64,000 bases of DNA. Source: Chloroflexia bacterium (lineage in GTDB: Bacteria; Chloroflexota; Chloroflexia; DTKN01). Of the stretch, positions 17,451-25,712 are shown in pieces (the stretch's first letter is position 1; every line of letters starts with the position of its first letter). The notes beneath the pieces are model-generated. The model was not told the DNA's origin. It did no database searches and was given only the letters and a program-made list of their open reading frames with translations. The translations under genes and the position numbers were made by a program. Where the stretch lies: positions 364 to 64,363 of the forward strand of contig JBMFNL010000001.1 of NCBI GenBank assembly GCA_049970175.1. Reading direction: 5' to 3'.

Positions 17451-17570
17451 CCGGCCGATACCCCCTTCCCTATCCCCCGGAATCACAGACTGCTCCTACC
17501 AGGGCACCAACCCCCTGCTCCGGACGCCGGCCGATACCCCCTTCCCTATCCCCCGGAATCCCTGGCCACC
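17451..17570 (+). repeat. 34-bp direct repeat x2 (ccggccgatacccccttccctatcccccggaatc) upstream of the yceD-rpmF-fab operon promoter
   Basis: Two exact copies about 50 bp apart. A TTTGCG-17-TACAAT promoter follows at ~17575-17605. Confidence 0.5.
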
Positions 17571-17672
17571 GGTTTGCGCTTCCGAACGGCTTGTAGTACA
17601 ATACGGGCGTTTCGGAGGGGATTTCCCCTTCGGTCGGTTGGACGGGGCCGGACGGCCCCGGAGGGTTGGACC

Positions 17673-18206
17673 ATGTTGCGCTACAATGTGGCCCAGGTCC
17701 TCCGCTCTCCGGTGGGGACCACGCGCACACTGGAGATCGAGGAAGAGGTCTTCTGGGCCGACGAACTGGAAGTCCATCACCTGCACGGCCGGCTTCTCCT
17801 GACCCGGCTGCGCGATGACCTGCTCCTGCAGGGCTGGCTGGAAGGCGAGGTCGTCCTGGAGTGCAGCCGCTGCCTGGAGCCGTACACCCAGTTGCTCCAT
17901 ATGGATGTGGAGGTCGAGTTTCAACCCAGCATCTCCATCCTCACCGGGGAACTCCTTCCTCCCCCGGAGGATGACAGCATCTATCTGCTCGACGGCCACC
18001 ACATCCTGGACCTGGTGGAGCCGATTCGCGAGCAGGTTCTTCTGAACCTGCCTATGCGGCCGCTCTGCCGGGAGGACTGTGCCGGCCTTTGCCCGGTCTG
18101 CGGCAAGAACCTGAACGAAGGCCCCTGCGAGGGGCATCACGAGGAAATCGACGAGCGGCTGGCCGGCCTGGCCTCGCTGCTCTTTCCCGAAGAAACGTTG
18201 GAATGA
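17673..18206 (+). CDS. yceD: YceD/DUF177 family protein
   Basis: MLRYNVAQVLRSPVGTTRTLEIEEE...CSRCLEPY...CAGLCPVCGKNLNEGPCEGHHEE; GGAGGG SD; conserved position before rpmF. Confidence 0.8.
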   Translation: MLRYNVAQVLRSPVGTTRTLEIEEEVFWADELEVHHLHGRLLLTRLRDDLLLQGWLEGEVVLECSRCLEPYTQLLHMDVEVEFQPSISILTGELLPPPEDDSIYLLDGHHILDLVEPIREQVLLNLPMRPLCREDCAGLCPVCGKNLNEGPCEGHHEEIDERLAGLASLLFPEETLE

Positions 18207-18216
18207 GGGTAAGCAA

Positions 18217-18411
18217 ATGGGGGCACTACCGAAACGAAAAGTCTCGCACCACCGGCGGGGCAACCGCCGTAGCCATCAGGCGCTGTCGGTCCGCCAGATG
18301 ACGCTTTGCCCGGAATGCGGTGAACCGACCCTACCGCATCGGGCCTGTCCCTCGTGCGGCACGTACAAGGGGGCCAAGGTCCTCGAGATCAAGAAGAAAA
18401 AGGCCGAGTAA
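18217..18411 (+). CDS. rpmF: 50S ribosomal protein L32
   Basis: MGALPKRKVSHHRRGNRRSHQALS...CPECGEPTLPHRACPSCGTYKG. Confidence 0.9.
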   Translation: MGALPKRKVSHHRRGNRRSHQALSVRQMTLCPECGEPTLPHRACPSCGTYKGAKVLEIKKKKAE

Positions 18412-18429
18412 GTCCAGGCATCGCTTGAG

Positions 18430-18516
18430 CCGGTAAGAAGACAGGGGATCGCCAGTGATCTCCGGGTATGGCCTGTGGAGACAGGGGATAGTGGCCGGTT
18501 CCCTGTCTTCTTCCGT
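18430..18516 (+). promoter_or_regulatory. Structured spacer between rpmF and fabH: a 15/16-bp imperfect stem plus a 12-bp direct repeat
   Basis: cggtaagaagacagggga pairs with tccctgtcttcttccg around a ~50-nt loop. AGACAGGGGAT occurs twice. No T-run follows. Confidence 0.3.
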
Positions 18517-18545
18517 TGCCGGCACGGGCTCCACGGGAGAGGCCT

Positions 18546-19538
18546 ATGGCGCGCTATGCGGCCATTGCCGGGTGGGGCAAATATCTACCCCAGCGGGTGC
18601 TGACGAACCAAGACCTGGAGCGGATGGTGGACACTTCAGACGAGTGGATTCGCACCCGAACCGGCATCGTCGAACGGCGCCTGGTAGACGATGGGGAGGC
18701 GGCCTCCACCATGGCCGTCCGAGCCGCCCGCCAGGCCCTGGAGCGCGCCGACCTGCCGGCTTTTGCCCTGGACCTCATCATTGTGGCCACCTCCACGCCC
18801 GATTACCTCTTTCCGGCCACGGCCTGCCTGGTGCAGGATGCGCTGGGGGCGATTCACGCCGGCGCCTTTGACCTGGAGGCAGCCTGCTCCGGCTTTCTCT
18901 ACGCCCTGACCGTGGGCACCCAATTCGTCCGCAGCGGGATGTACGAGAACGTCCTGGTCGTGGCTTCGGAGGCCCTTTCCCGCATCACCAACTGGGAAGA
19001 CCGCAACACCTGCGTCCTGTTTGGCGACGGGGCCGGCGCGGCCGTGTTGCGGCCGACCTCGCAGCGGAGGGGTTTGCTGGCCTCCACCCTGGGGGCTTAC
19101 GGCGCCGGCAGCGATTTGCTCATCATGCCCGCCGGGGGAAGCGCCCGGCCGGCCTCCCTGGAGACGGTCGCCGGCCGGCAACACTATATCCATATGAAGG
19201 GCAACGAGGTCTTTCGCTTCGCCGTGCGTTCGATGGGCCAGGCCACCCAGGAGGTGCTGAAACAGGCCGGCCTGGGGGTAGAGGACATCTCCCTCTTCGT
19301 CCCCCATCAGGCCAATTTGCGCATCATCGAGGCCCTGGCCGAGCGGCTGGGCCTGCCGATGGAGCGTATCTTCGTCAACCTGCACCGCTACGGCAATATG
19401 TCGGCGGCAACGATTCCGGTGGCCCTCTGCGAGGCCGCGGAGGAAGGCCGGCTGAAGGAAGGCGACATCGTCGTCACCACGGCCTTCGGAGCCGGCCTCA
19501 CCTGGGCCGCCGGCGTCATCGTCTGGGGCGGCATCTAG
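18546..19538 (+). CDS. fabH: 3-oxoacyl-ACP synthase III
   Basis: MARYAAIAGWGKYLPQRVLTNQDLERMVDTSDEWIRTRTGI...; active-site Cys in ...EAACSGF... Confidence 0.9.
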   Translation: MARYAAIAGWGKYLPQRVLTNQDLERMVDTSDEWIRTRTGIVERRLVDDGEAASTMAVRAARQALERADLPAFALDLIIVATSTPDYLFPATACLVQDALGAIHAGAFDLEAACSGFLYALTVGTQFVRSGMYENVLVVASEALSRITNWEDRNTCVLFGDGAGAAVLRPTSQRRGLLASTLGAYGAGSDLLIMPAGGSARPASLETVAGRQHYIHMKGNEVFRFAVRSMGQATQEVLKQAGLGVEDISLFVPHQANLRIIEALAERLGLPMERIFVNLHRYGNMSAATIPVALCEAAEEGRLKEGDIVVTTAFGAGLTWAAGVIVWGGI

Positions 19539-19599
19539 ACCGTTCCCCCATTCGCACGTTCACACGCAACACGCAACACGAAACAAAAAGGAGGCCCAA

Positions 19600-20574
19600 A
19601 TGTCCTCACCTCCTCCCGTAGACGTCGCCTGGCTCTTCCCCGGCCAGGGCTCTCAATGCGTCGGCATGGGCCGGGACCTGGCCGAGGCCTTCCCTGACGT
19701 GGCCGGCCTCTACCGGCAGGCCGACGCCCTGCTGGGGGTGACGCTCTCCCGGCTCTGTTTCGAGGGGCCGGAGGAGGAACTGACCCGGACGATCAACGCC
19801 CAGCCGGCCCTGCTCACGACCAGCGTGGCCGTCCTCCTGGCCCTGGGCGGCCGGCTCGACGAGAGGGGATACCTGCACCGGCCGGAGCGCCTTCCCCGCC
19901 CGTCCCTGGTGGCCGGCCACAGCCTGGGGGAGTATACGGCGCTGGTGGCGGCCGGCGCCCTCCCCTTCCCGGAGGCCCTGCGCCTGGTGCGGGAGCGCGG
20001 CCGGCTGATGGGCGAGGCCCGCTCCGGGACGATGGCCGCGGTCATCGGGCTGGAGGAGGAGGCGCTGGAGGGGATCTGCCAGGCCTGTGGGGCCGAAGCG
20101 CCGCTCGTGATCGCCAACTACAACTGCCCCGGCCAGTATGTCCTGAGCGGGGCCACCGAGGCGGTGGAGAGGGCAATGGAGGAAGCCCGGAAACGGGGGG
20201 CCCGGCGCGTCATCCCGCTCCGGGTCAGCGCCGCCTTCCATTCGCCGCTGATGCAGGAGGCCGCCTCCGGCCTGGCGCGGGCGGTAGCGACGGCCGCATT
20301 TTCCCCGGCGGCTATTCCGGTGGTGGCCAATACCTGCGCCCGGCCACTTTCCCAGCCGGAGGCGTTCCGCGAGGAACTGATTGCCCAGGTTTGCTCCCCG
20401 GTGCGCTGGAGCGCTTCCCTGGAATATATGTGGAAGCAGGGGGTGCGCCGTTTCCTGGAGATCGGCCCCGGCACCGTCCTGGCCGGCCTGGTCCGCCGCA
20501 CCCTGCCGGAAGCAAAGGTGCAGAGCGTGGGCACGCTGGCGCAGGTACAGGCCCTCCTGGAGAGCGAACGATAA
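19600..20574 (+). CDS. fabD: Malonyl CoA-ACP transacylase
   Basis: VAWLFPGQGSQCVGMG...VAGHSLGEYTAL...; AAGGAGG SD. Confidence 0.9.
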   Translation: MSSPPPVDVAWLFPGQGSQCVGMGRDLAEAFPDVAGLYRQADALLGVTLSRLCFEGPEEELTRTINAQPALLTTSVAVLLALGGRLDERGYLHRPERLPRPSLVAGHSLGEYTALVAAGALPFPEALRLVRERGRLMGEARSGTMAAVIGLEEEALEGICQACGAEAPLVIANYNCPGQYVLSGATEAVERAMEEARKRGARRVIPLRVSAAFHSPLMQEAASGLARAVATAAFSPAAIPVVANTCARPLSQPEAFREELIAQVCSPVRWSASLEYMWKQGVRRFLEIGPGTVLAGLVRRTLPEAKVQSVGTLAQVQALLESER

Positions 20575-20593
20575 TTTCAAGTCGGAGGAAAGG

Positions 20594-21349
20594 ATGGCCG
20601 GACGTCTGGAGGGGCAGGTCGCGCTGGTCACCGGGGCCTCGCGGGGCATCGGGCGGGCCACGGCGCTGGCGCTGGCGCGAGAAGGCGCCGCCGTGGTGGT
20701 CAACTTCCGGGAACAGGCGGAGGCGGCGGCCGAGGTGGTGCGGGCCGTTGCGGAGGCCGGCGGCCGAGCGCAGGCCCTGCAGGCCGACGTGACCGACGCC
20801 AGGGCCGTGCGCCGGATGGTGGACGAGGCGCTGGCCGTCTACGGGCATATTGACATCCTGGTCAACAACGCCGGCATCTCCCGAGACCGGGTGATGTTGC
20901 AGATGAGGGAAGACGACTGGCGGGCGGTCCTGGAGACGAACCTGACGGCAGCCTTCCTGTGCAGCCGGGCGGTGTTGCGCCCGATGATTCGGCAGGGCTA
21001 TGGGAGAATCGTCAACGTATCCTCGGTGGCCGGCCTGGTGGGAAACGTGGGCCAGGCCAACTATGCGGCGGCCAAGGCCGGCCTGATCGGCCTGACCAAG
21101 ACGATGGCCCGCGAACTGGCCGCCCACGGCATCACCGTCAACGCCGTCGCTCCGACCTATGTCGAGGGAACCACCCTGTTCAGCACCGTGCCCAGGCAGG
21201 TCAGGGAATGGGCGCTGACCATTATCCCCATGAAGCGCTTTGCCCGCCCGGAGGAGGTGGCGGCGGCCATCGTCTTCCTGGCTTCGCCGGAGGCCTCGTA
21301 CATCACCGGCCATGTCCTGGTGGTAGACGGCGGGATGACCTGTCCGTAG
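20594..21349 (+). CDS. fabG: 3-oxoacyl-ACP reductase
   Basis: MAGRLEGQVALVTGASRGIGRA...NISSVAGLVGNVGQANYAAAKAG...; GGAGGAAAGG SD. The listed ORF 20381.. has a junk N-terminus. Confidence 0.9.
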   Translation: MAGRLEGQVALVTGASRGIGRATALALAREGAAVVVNFREQAEAAAEVVRAVAEAGGRAQALQADVTDARAVRRMVDEALAVYGHIDILVNNAGISRDRVMLQMREDDWRAVLETNLTAAFLCSRAVLRPMIRQGYGRIVNVSSVAGLVGNVGQANYAAAKAGLIGLTKTMARELAAHGITVNAVAPTYVEGTTLFSTVPRQVREWALTIIPMKRFARPEEVAAAIVFLASPEASYITGHVLVVDGGMTCP

Positions 21350-21374
21350 CGCTGCTGGCACGTTGAGGTCGGCT

Positions 21375-21872
21375 ATGCCGGAAAGTGAAGCCGGCCTTGG
21401 GCCGGTGGAAGCGGTCATCGAGAGTCCCCGGGGCAGCACGGTGCGCACCGTGTTTGAGCCGGGGACGGGTTGGGTGCAGGCGGGGCCGGCCTTCCCCCGG
21501 CCGCTTCCGGCCGAGTACGGCCACCTGCCCGGCACCTACAACCCGGCCGACGGCAACCCGGTGGACGTCATGGTGATCGGCTACGGGCCCACCTTCCCCG
21601 GCTGTCGCTATCGGGTGCGGGCCATCGGGCTGCTCCTGCGGGCCGACGGGGACCACAAGGTACTGGCCGTGCCCCATACGGCGGAATATGTTTCCCCGCT
21701 GCGGGACCTTTCCGAGGTCTCGGCGGAGGTGCTGGCCGAACTGGAGGACTGCTTCGGCCGGCACTTCCCGTTGCTGGGCTGGCGAGATGCCCGCCGGGCA
21801 GAGGAATGGATCGTCATCTGCCGGGCCGTGGCTGAGGTGAGAGAAGCCCGGATGAAGGACCGGGCGAAATGA
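21375..21872 (+). CDS. ppa: Inorganic pyrophosphatase family I-like protein (divergent)
   Basis: VIESPRGSTVRTVFEP...NPADGNPVDVMVIG...VLAVPHTAEY... aligns with PPase motifs VIEIP.GS..KYE / DGDPVDVLV / LVAVPH. DGDP is replaced by DGNP. Confidence 0.55.
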   Translation: MPESEAGLGPVEAVIESPRGSTVRTVFEPGTGWVQAGPAFPRPLPAEYGHLPGTYNPADGNPVDVMVIGYGPTFPGCRYRVRAIGLLLRADGDHKVLAVPHTAEYVSPLRDLSEVSAEVLAELEDCFGRHFPLLGWRDARRAEEWIVICRAVAEVREARMKDRAK

Positions 21873-21882
21873 GGAGGTCGAG

Positions 21883-22635
21883 ATGTGCGGGCGGCTGGAT
21901 GGCAAAGTGGCACTGGTGACCGGAGCGGCGCGGGGTATCGGCCGGGCCATCGCCCTGCGCCTAGCGGGGATGGGGGCGGCGGTGGCGGTGAACGACCTGG
22001 CCGGCGAGGAGGTCATCGGCGCGGTGGTGGCCGAGATCGAGGCGGCCGGGGGCAAGGCCCTCGGGGTGCGGGCCAACGTCAGCATCGCTTCCGAAGTCGT
22101 GGCGATGGTGGAAAAGGTTGTGGCCACGCTGGGCGGGCTGCACATCCTGGTGAACAACGCCGGCATCGCCCGCGACATGCTCCTCCTGCGCCTTTCGGAG
22201 GAGGACTGGGATGCCGTCCTGGCCACCAACCTGAAGGGGGCCTTCCTCTGCTCCCGAGCGGCCCTGCGGCCGATGATTCGGGAGCGCTGGGGGCGCATCG
22301 TCAACATGGCCTCGGTGGTGGGCATTGCCGGGAATGCCGGCCAGACCAACTATGCGGCGGCCAAGGCCGGCCTCATCGGCTTCACCCGCAGCCTGGCCAA
22401 GGAGGTCGGCTCGCGGGGCATCACGGTCAACGCCGTGGCCCCCGGCTTTATCGCCACGGCGATGACGGCCGGCCTGCCCGACAAGGTCCGGGAAGAAATC
22501 ATCTCCCGGACGCCGCTGGGCCGGCCGGGCCAGCCGGAGGACGTGGCCGCAGCGGTGGCTTTCCTCTGTTCGGAGGAGGCCGGCTTCATCACCGGCCAGG
22601 TACTGGGGGTGGACGGCGGCCTGGTGCTGATGTAG
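21883..22635 (+). CDS. SDR-family 3-oxoacyl-ACP reductase paralog
   Basis: MCGRLDGKVALVTGAARGIGRAIAL...NMASVVGIAGNAGQTNYAAAKAG...; GGAGGT SD. Confidence 0.85.
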   Translation: MCGRLDGKVALVTGAARGIGRAIALRLAGMGAAVAVNDLAGEEVIGAVVAEIEAAGGKALGVRANVSIASEVVAMVEKVVATLGGLHILVNNAGIARDMLLLRLSEEDWDAVLATNLKGAFLCSRAALRPMIRERWGRIVNMASVVGIAGNAGQTNYAAAKAGLIGFTRSLAKEVGSRGITVNAVAPGFIATAMTAGLPDKVREEIISRTPLGRPGQPEDVAAAVAFLCSEEAGFITGQVLGVDGGLVLM

Positions 22636-22640
22636 AGGGG

Positions 22641-22883
22641 CTATCCCCCGGCCACCGGGGGAAAGAGGGCCACGCGGTCGCCGTCGCGCAGGAGGTAGCC
22701 TTCCTCCTGGCGGCGGTTGTTGACAAAGGCCGTCTTCAGTTCCTCCGGGGGGATGCCCAGCCGGGCGAAAAGTTCGCCCAGACGGGTCCCGGCCGGCAAT
22801 TCCAGGGAAAGCGGCGTGCCGGGCGGTGCCGGAGGAGCATATTTGCGCAATGTGGCGTAGAGGCGCACCTCGACGCGGATCAT
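22641..22883 (-). CDS. MoaD/ThiS-family sulfur-carrier-like protein (C-terminal Gly-Gly)
   Basis: MIRVEVRLYATLRKYAPP...DGDRVALFPPVAGG; AAGGAG SD. Confidence 0.65.
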   Translation of the reverse strand: MIRVEVRLYATLRKYAPPAPPGTPLSLELPAGTRLGELFARLGIPPEELKTAFVNNRRQEEGYLLRDGDRVALFPPVAGG

Positions 22884-22884
22884 C

Positions 22885-23163
22885 CTACTCCTTCGCCTGG
22901 ACAAAGTACCACCGGTACAGCAGTTGCATATCCTCGGGGAAAACGGCCAGCCGGTCGCCGTCCCGCACCCGGCGGCTCAGGGCCGAGTACTGCCAGTTCA
23001 GGAAGATGTTGCTGCCGACTTCCTCCAGGGGAATCCCCAGACGTTCCAGCACCCGACCGATGGTGTCTTCCTCCTGGACCGGGACATAGACGATAGAGAG
23101 AGCGTCCGGGTCCTGCTTCGGGGCGAAGCGTCGCAGTTTGCCGTAGAGGTGCACTTCGATCAC
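22885..23163 (-). CDS. MoaD/ThiS-like beta-grasp protein lacking the terminal Gly-Gly
   Basis: VIEVHLYGKLRRFAPKQDPDALSIVYVP...DGDRLAVFPEDMQLLYRWYFVQAKE. Probable GTG start after a REP-like palindrome; the longer ORF 22885..23250 reads through the palindrome. Confidence 0.45.
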   Translation of the reverse strand: MIEVHLYGKLRRFAPKQDPDALSIVYVPVQEEDTIGRVLERLGIPLEEVGSNIFLNWQYSALSRRVRDGDRLAVFPEDMQLLYRWYFVQAKE

Positions 23164-23187
23164 GTCCGTCCTTCCCTCACCCCTCAC

Positions 23188-23236
23188 CCCCTGCCCCTCT
23201 CCCCTCTCCCAATGGGAGAGGGGAGAGGGGGGCGGG
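23188..23236. repeat. GC-rich palindromic REP-like element (CCCTCTCCCCTCTCCCAATGGGAGAGGGGAGAGGG)
   Basis: Perfect 15-bp arms. Related copies at ~38139-38200 and ~38296-38345. Lies between the aor stop and the moaD-like gene. Confidence 0.6.
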
Positions 23237-23237
23237 T

Positions 23238-24983
23238 CTAGAATGCCCAAACGCTGTCCAGCGCCTCGTCCGGCACGTCCCAGACCTGGTTGTGGGGCGG
23301 GAGCGGCTCGTAGCGCATGAACTCGGGCATGCGGTCGTCCTGCTTGGTGAAGCCGGCCGCCTCGTCAAAGGCCCGCTCCGTCTTCAGGATTTCCTTGCCG
23401 ATGCGGGTGACGTCGTCGGCCGTCCAGTTCGTCCCCAGGAGGGCGGCGCAACTCTCCACCATCCCCTCGAAGCCCTCGGGGATATCCAGGATGGCGAAGG
23501 CGATGAAGAGGCAGTAGCCGGAGGAATCGACGAAGGCGGTGGCGATCTGGAAGTTGCGGGAGAGTTCGGCCTTGCCCTCGGGGGTCAGCGGGTCGGCCTT
23601 GCCGCCGACGGAGAGGATCTCGGGGGCGATGGTGTAGCCGATGGTGTGGTCGGCCCCCTGGGGGTTGGTGGCATAGGTGACGCCGATGCCCTTGACGGCC
23701 CGCGGCTCATAGGCCGGCATGTTCTGCCCCTTGACCCCGGGCACGCGGATGACGCCCAGGGCCCGTCCGGTGAAGGCGGCCCCCTGGCCCAGGATGCGTC
23801 CGAGCGGCGTCCCCCGGCCGATCTCGTGCAGGAGTTCGATGGCCTTTTGCCCGTCGCCGAAGGCGGCCAGGCCGCCCTCCATGGCCACGGCGATGGTGCC
23901 GCCGGCCTCGATGGTATCCAGACCGTAGTCGTTGCACAGGCGAATCAATTCACCGGTCACGTCCAGGTCGTCGATGCCGCAGTTGGGGCCAAAGGCCCAG
24001 ACCGATTCGTACTCCTGGACCGAGACGTGCTCCGTGCCATCGGGCTTGGGCCAGACGTTGGAGCACTGGATGATGCAGCCGGGGTGGCAGGGGTGGCCGG
24101 TTCTGCCGGCGCCGCCGCGCTTCTTCACCCCCTCGGCGATGGCCTCGCCGGAGACCTTGGGGGCGCCCTCGAACGTGCCGCTGGAGAAGTTGCGGGTGGG
24201 CAGTCCTCCGGCCTCGTTGAGGATATTGATGAGCACGGCCGTCCCATAGGAGTTCAGGGCGCCGCCCTTCTTGGTGACGGCGTGGGTGCGCAGGGCTTCA
24301 GATAGTTTACGGGTGCCCTCGCGGAAGCGCTCCGGGTCGGCGATGGAGACGCCGGGGCTGCCGGTTTCGTCCACCACGATGAACTTGAGGCCCTTGCTGC
24401 CCAGGACGGCCCCCATGCCGCCGCGGCCGGAGTAGCGGCTGGGCCGGCCGTCGATGTCGTTGAAGCAGACGCCGGCCATGGCCATGCGCATCTCCCCGGC
24501 CACGCCGATGCCCATGATGGCCACCTGCTTCCCGAAGCGCTGGAAGAGGGCCGGGTAGGCCGCATAGAGCCCTTGGCCGACGTACTCATCGGCCGGGAGG
24601 AACTCGGCGCCGTCCTTGGTCACGTGGAGAATCCAGAACCGGCCCTTTTCCTTGGGATAGCCCTCGACGACGATGGCCTTGATGCCCAGGCGGGCCAGTT
24701 GCTGGCTGAAGGGGGTTCCGGCATTGCTTTCCTTGATCGTTCCGGTGAGGGGCGATTTCCCACCCACGGAGATGCGCCCGGAGGAGGGCGCGTTGGTGCC
24801 GGAGACGATGCCCGGGGCCAGGATGACCTTGTTATTGGGCCCCAGGGGATGGCAGGTTGGGGGCACTTCATCGGCGGTGATAGCGGAGGTCAGCCAGCGC
24901 CCACCCATCCAGCGGTACTTTTCCGGCACTTCCTCGAAGGTCGCCGTCCGTTCGGTCATATTGACACGCAGAATCTTGGCCAT
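23238..24983 (-). CDS. aor: Tungsten-containing aldehyde:ferredoxin oxidoreductase (AOR family)
   Basis: MAKILRVNMTERTATFEEVPEKYRW...; AOR N-terminal and C-terminal domain motifs (e.g. ...GxGGC...). Start taken at 24983 (GGAGGTG SD). Confidence 0.85.
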   Translation of the reverse strand: MAKILRVNMTERTATFEEVPEKYRWMGGRWLTSAITADEVPPTCHPLGPNNKVILAPGIVSGTNAPSSGRISVGGKSPLTGTIKESNAGTPFSQQLARLGIKAIVVEGYPKEKGRFWILHVTKDGAEFLPADEYVGQGLYAAYPALFQRFGKQVAIMGIGVAGEMRMAMAGVCFNDIDGRPSRYSGRGGMGAVLGSKGLKFIVVDETGSPGVSIADPERFREGTRKLSEALRTHAVTKKGGALNSYGTAVLINILNEAGGLPTRNFSSGTFEGAPKVSGEAIAEGVKKRGGAGRTGHPCHPGCIIQCSNVWPKPDGTEHVSVQEYESVWAFGPNCGIDDLDVTGELIRLCNDYGLDTIEAGGTIAVAMEGGLAAFGDGQKAIELLHEIGRGTPLGRILGQGAAFTGRALGVIRVPGVKGQNMPAYEPRAVKGIGVTYATNPQGADHTIGYTIAPEILSVGGKADPLTPEGKAELSRNFQIATAFVDSSGYCLFIAFAILDIPEGFEGMVESCAALLGTNWTADDVTRIGKEILKTERAFDEAAGFTKQDDRMPEFMRYEPLPPHNQVWDVPDEALDSVWAF

Positions 24984-25073
24984 TTCCAACACCTCCATCG
25001 CCGTCAAAAGTCCATACCGGTAAGGAACAAACGCGGCATCACCTCCTTTCAGAACGCCGATCGGTGGGCCGAT

Positions 25074-25121
25074 AAAAAAGGAGACCCATAGCCCCGGCCG
25101 TAGCCTGAGCGATGGATCTCC
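25074..25121 (-). terminator. Intrinsic terminator as riboswitch expression platform (GGAGATCC...GGGTCTCC + TTTTTT)
   Basis: An 8-bp stem whose 5' arm is the AAAGGAGATCC 3' end of the putative aptamer, followed by a T6 run. About 95 nt upstream of the aor start. Confidence 0.45.
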
Positions 25122-25232
25122 TTTCCGTATTGGGAGGCACGGCCGTTTCCAGCCGTACCCTACCGGCTGGCGGGGCATGGGTTTCCCTGTAGCCACCGCA
25201 GCTCGGAGATCGCTTTTGGGATGTTAAACCGC
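25114..25232 (-). promoter_or_regulatory. Candidate Moco/Tuco (molybdenum/tungsten cofactor) riboswitch in the aor leader
   Basis: The minus strand reads ...aucuCCGAGCugcgg...GUGCCUCCCAAUACGGAAAGGAGAucc, recalled from memory as the conserved 5' and 3' blocks of the Moco RNA motif (not database-checked). The cofactor-dependent enzyme sits immediately downstream. Confidence 0.5.
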
Positions 25233-25289
25233 CGGACATCGTCCTACCCTATTTATACCACGCCGTTCCCCGAAAGTCAATAGGTTTCC

Positions 25290-25712
25290 CGGCGATTTCG
25301 GAGCCGTCGGCGCGAAACCGCGCCTTTCCTTGGGAATATCCCCAGCCAGGGCGTCGCCCTCTACTGTGCGACCAAGTCGTTCCTGGAGGCCCTCACCACG
25401 GCCCTCTATCGGGAATTGCGGGGAACGGGGGTCTGGGTCAGCGTCGTCAAGCCGGGGCCGGTGACCACCGAGTTCTTCGACCGCTCCGCGTCGGCCGGGC
25501 TGCGCATGCCGGCCGAACGCTTCGCCATTTCGCCGGAATGTGTGGCGGAACAGGTCGGGCGACTCCTGGGCCGTCCACGTCGCGTGGTCTATGTGCCCGG
25601 GTGGTATCGGGTCGTCCCCTGGGTGGAAATTCTCCTGGGCTGGGCGATGGATCGGGTAGGCCCCTTGCTCCTGCGCTACCAGGTCCGCGCCGGGCAGGCG
25701 GTTCGTTCCTGA
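25290..25712 (+). pseudogene. 3'-fragment of an SDR-family oxidoreductase (no N-terminal Rossmann half, no start)
   Basis: The frame is open only from 25284. Translation ...LGNIPSQGVALYCATKSFLEALTTALYRELRGTGVWVSVVKPGPVTTEF... gives the YxxxK catalytic motif and PGxV C-terminus; about 140 aa of N-terminus are missing. Confidence 0.45.

Noticed and set aside
22885-23250. Longer 121-aa form of the second MoaD-like gene starting at ATG 23250
   Set aside because: The extra N-terminus (GILDPPPSPLSHWERGEGQGVRGEG) is encoded by the REP-like palindrome. A GTG at 23163 with an SD gives a MoaD-sized protein.
25039-25239. 66-aa minus-strand ORF upstream of aor
   Set aside because: It overlaps the putative Moco riboswitch aptamer and terminator and has no SD. 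It is likely non-coding leader sequence. A tiny out-of-frame ORF MPRLFLTGMDF right after the strong GAAAGGAGGTG was also ignored.
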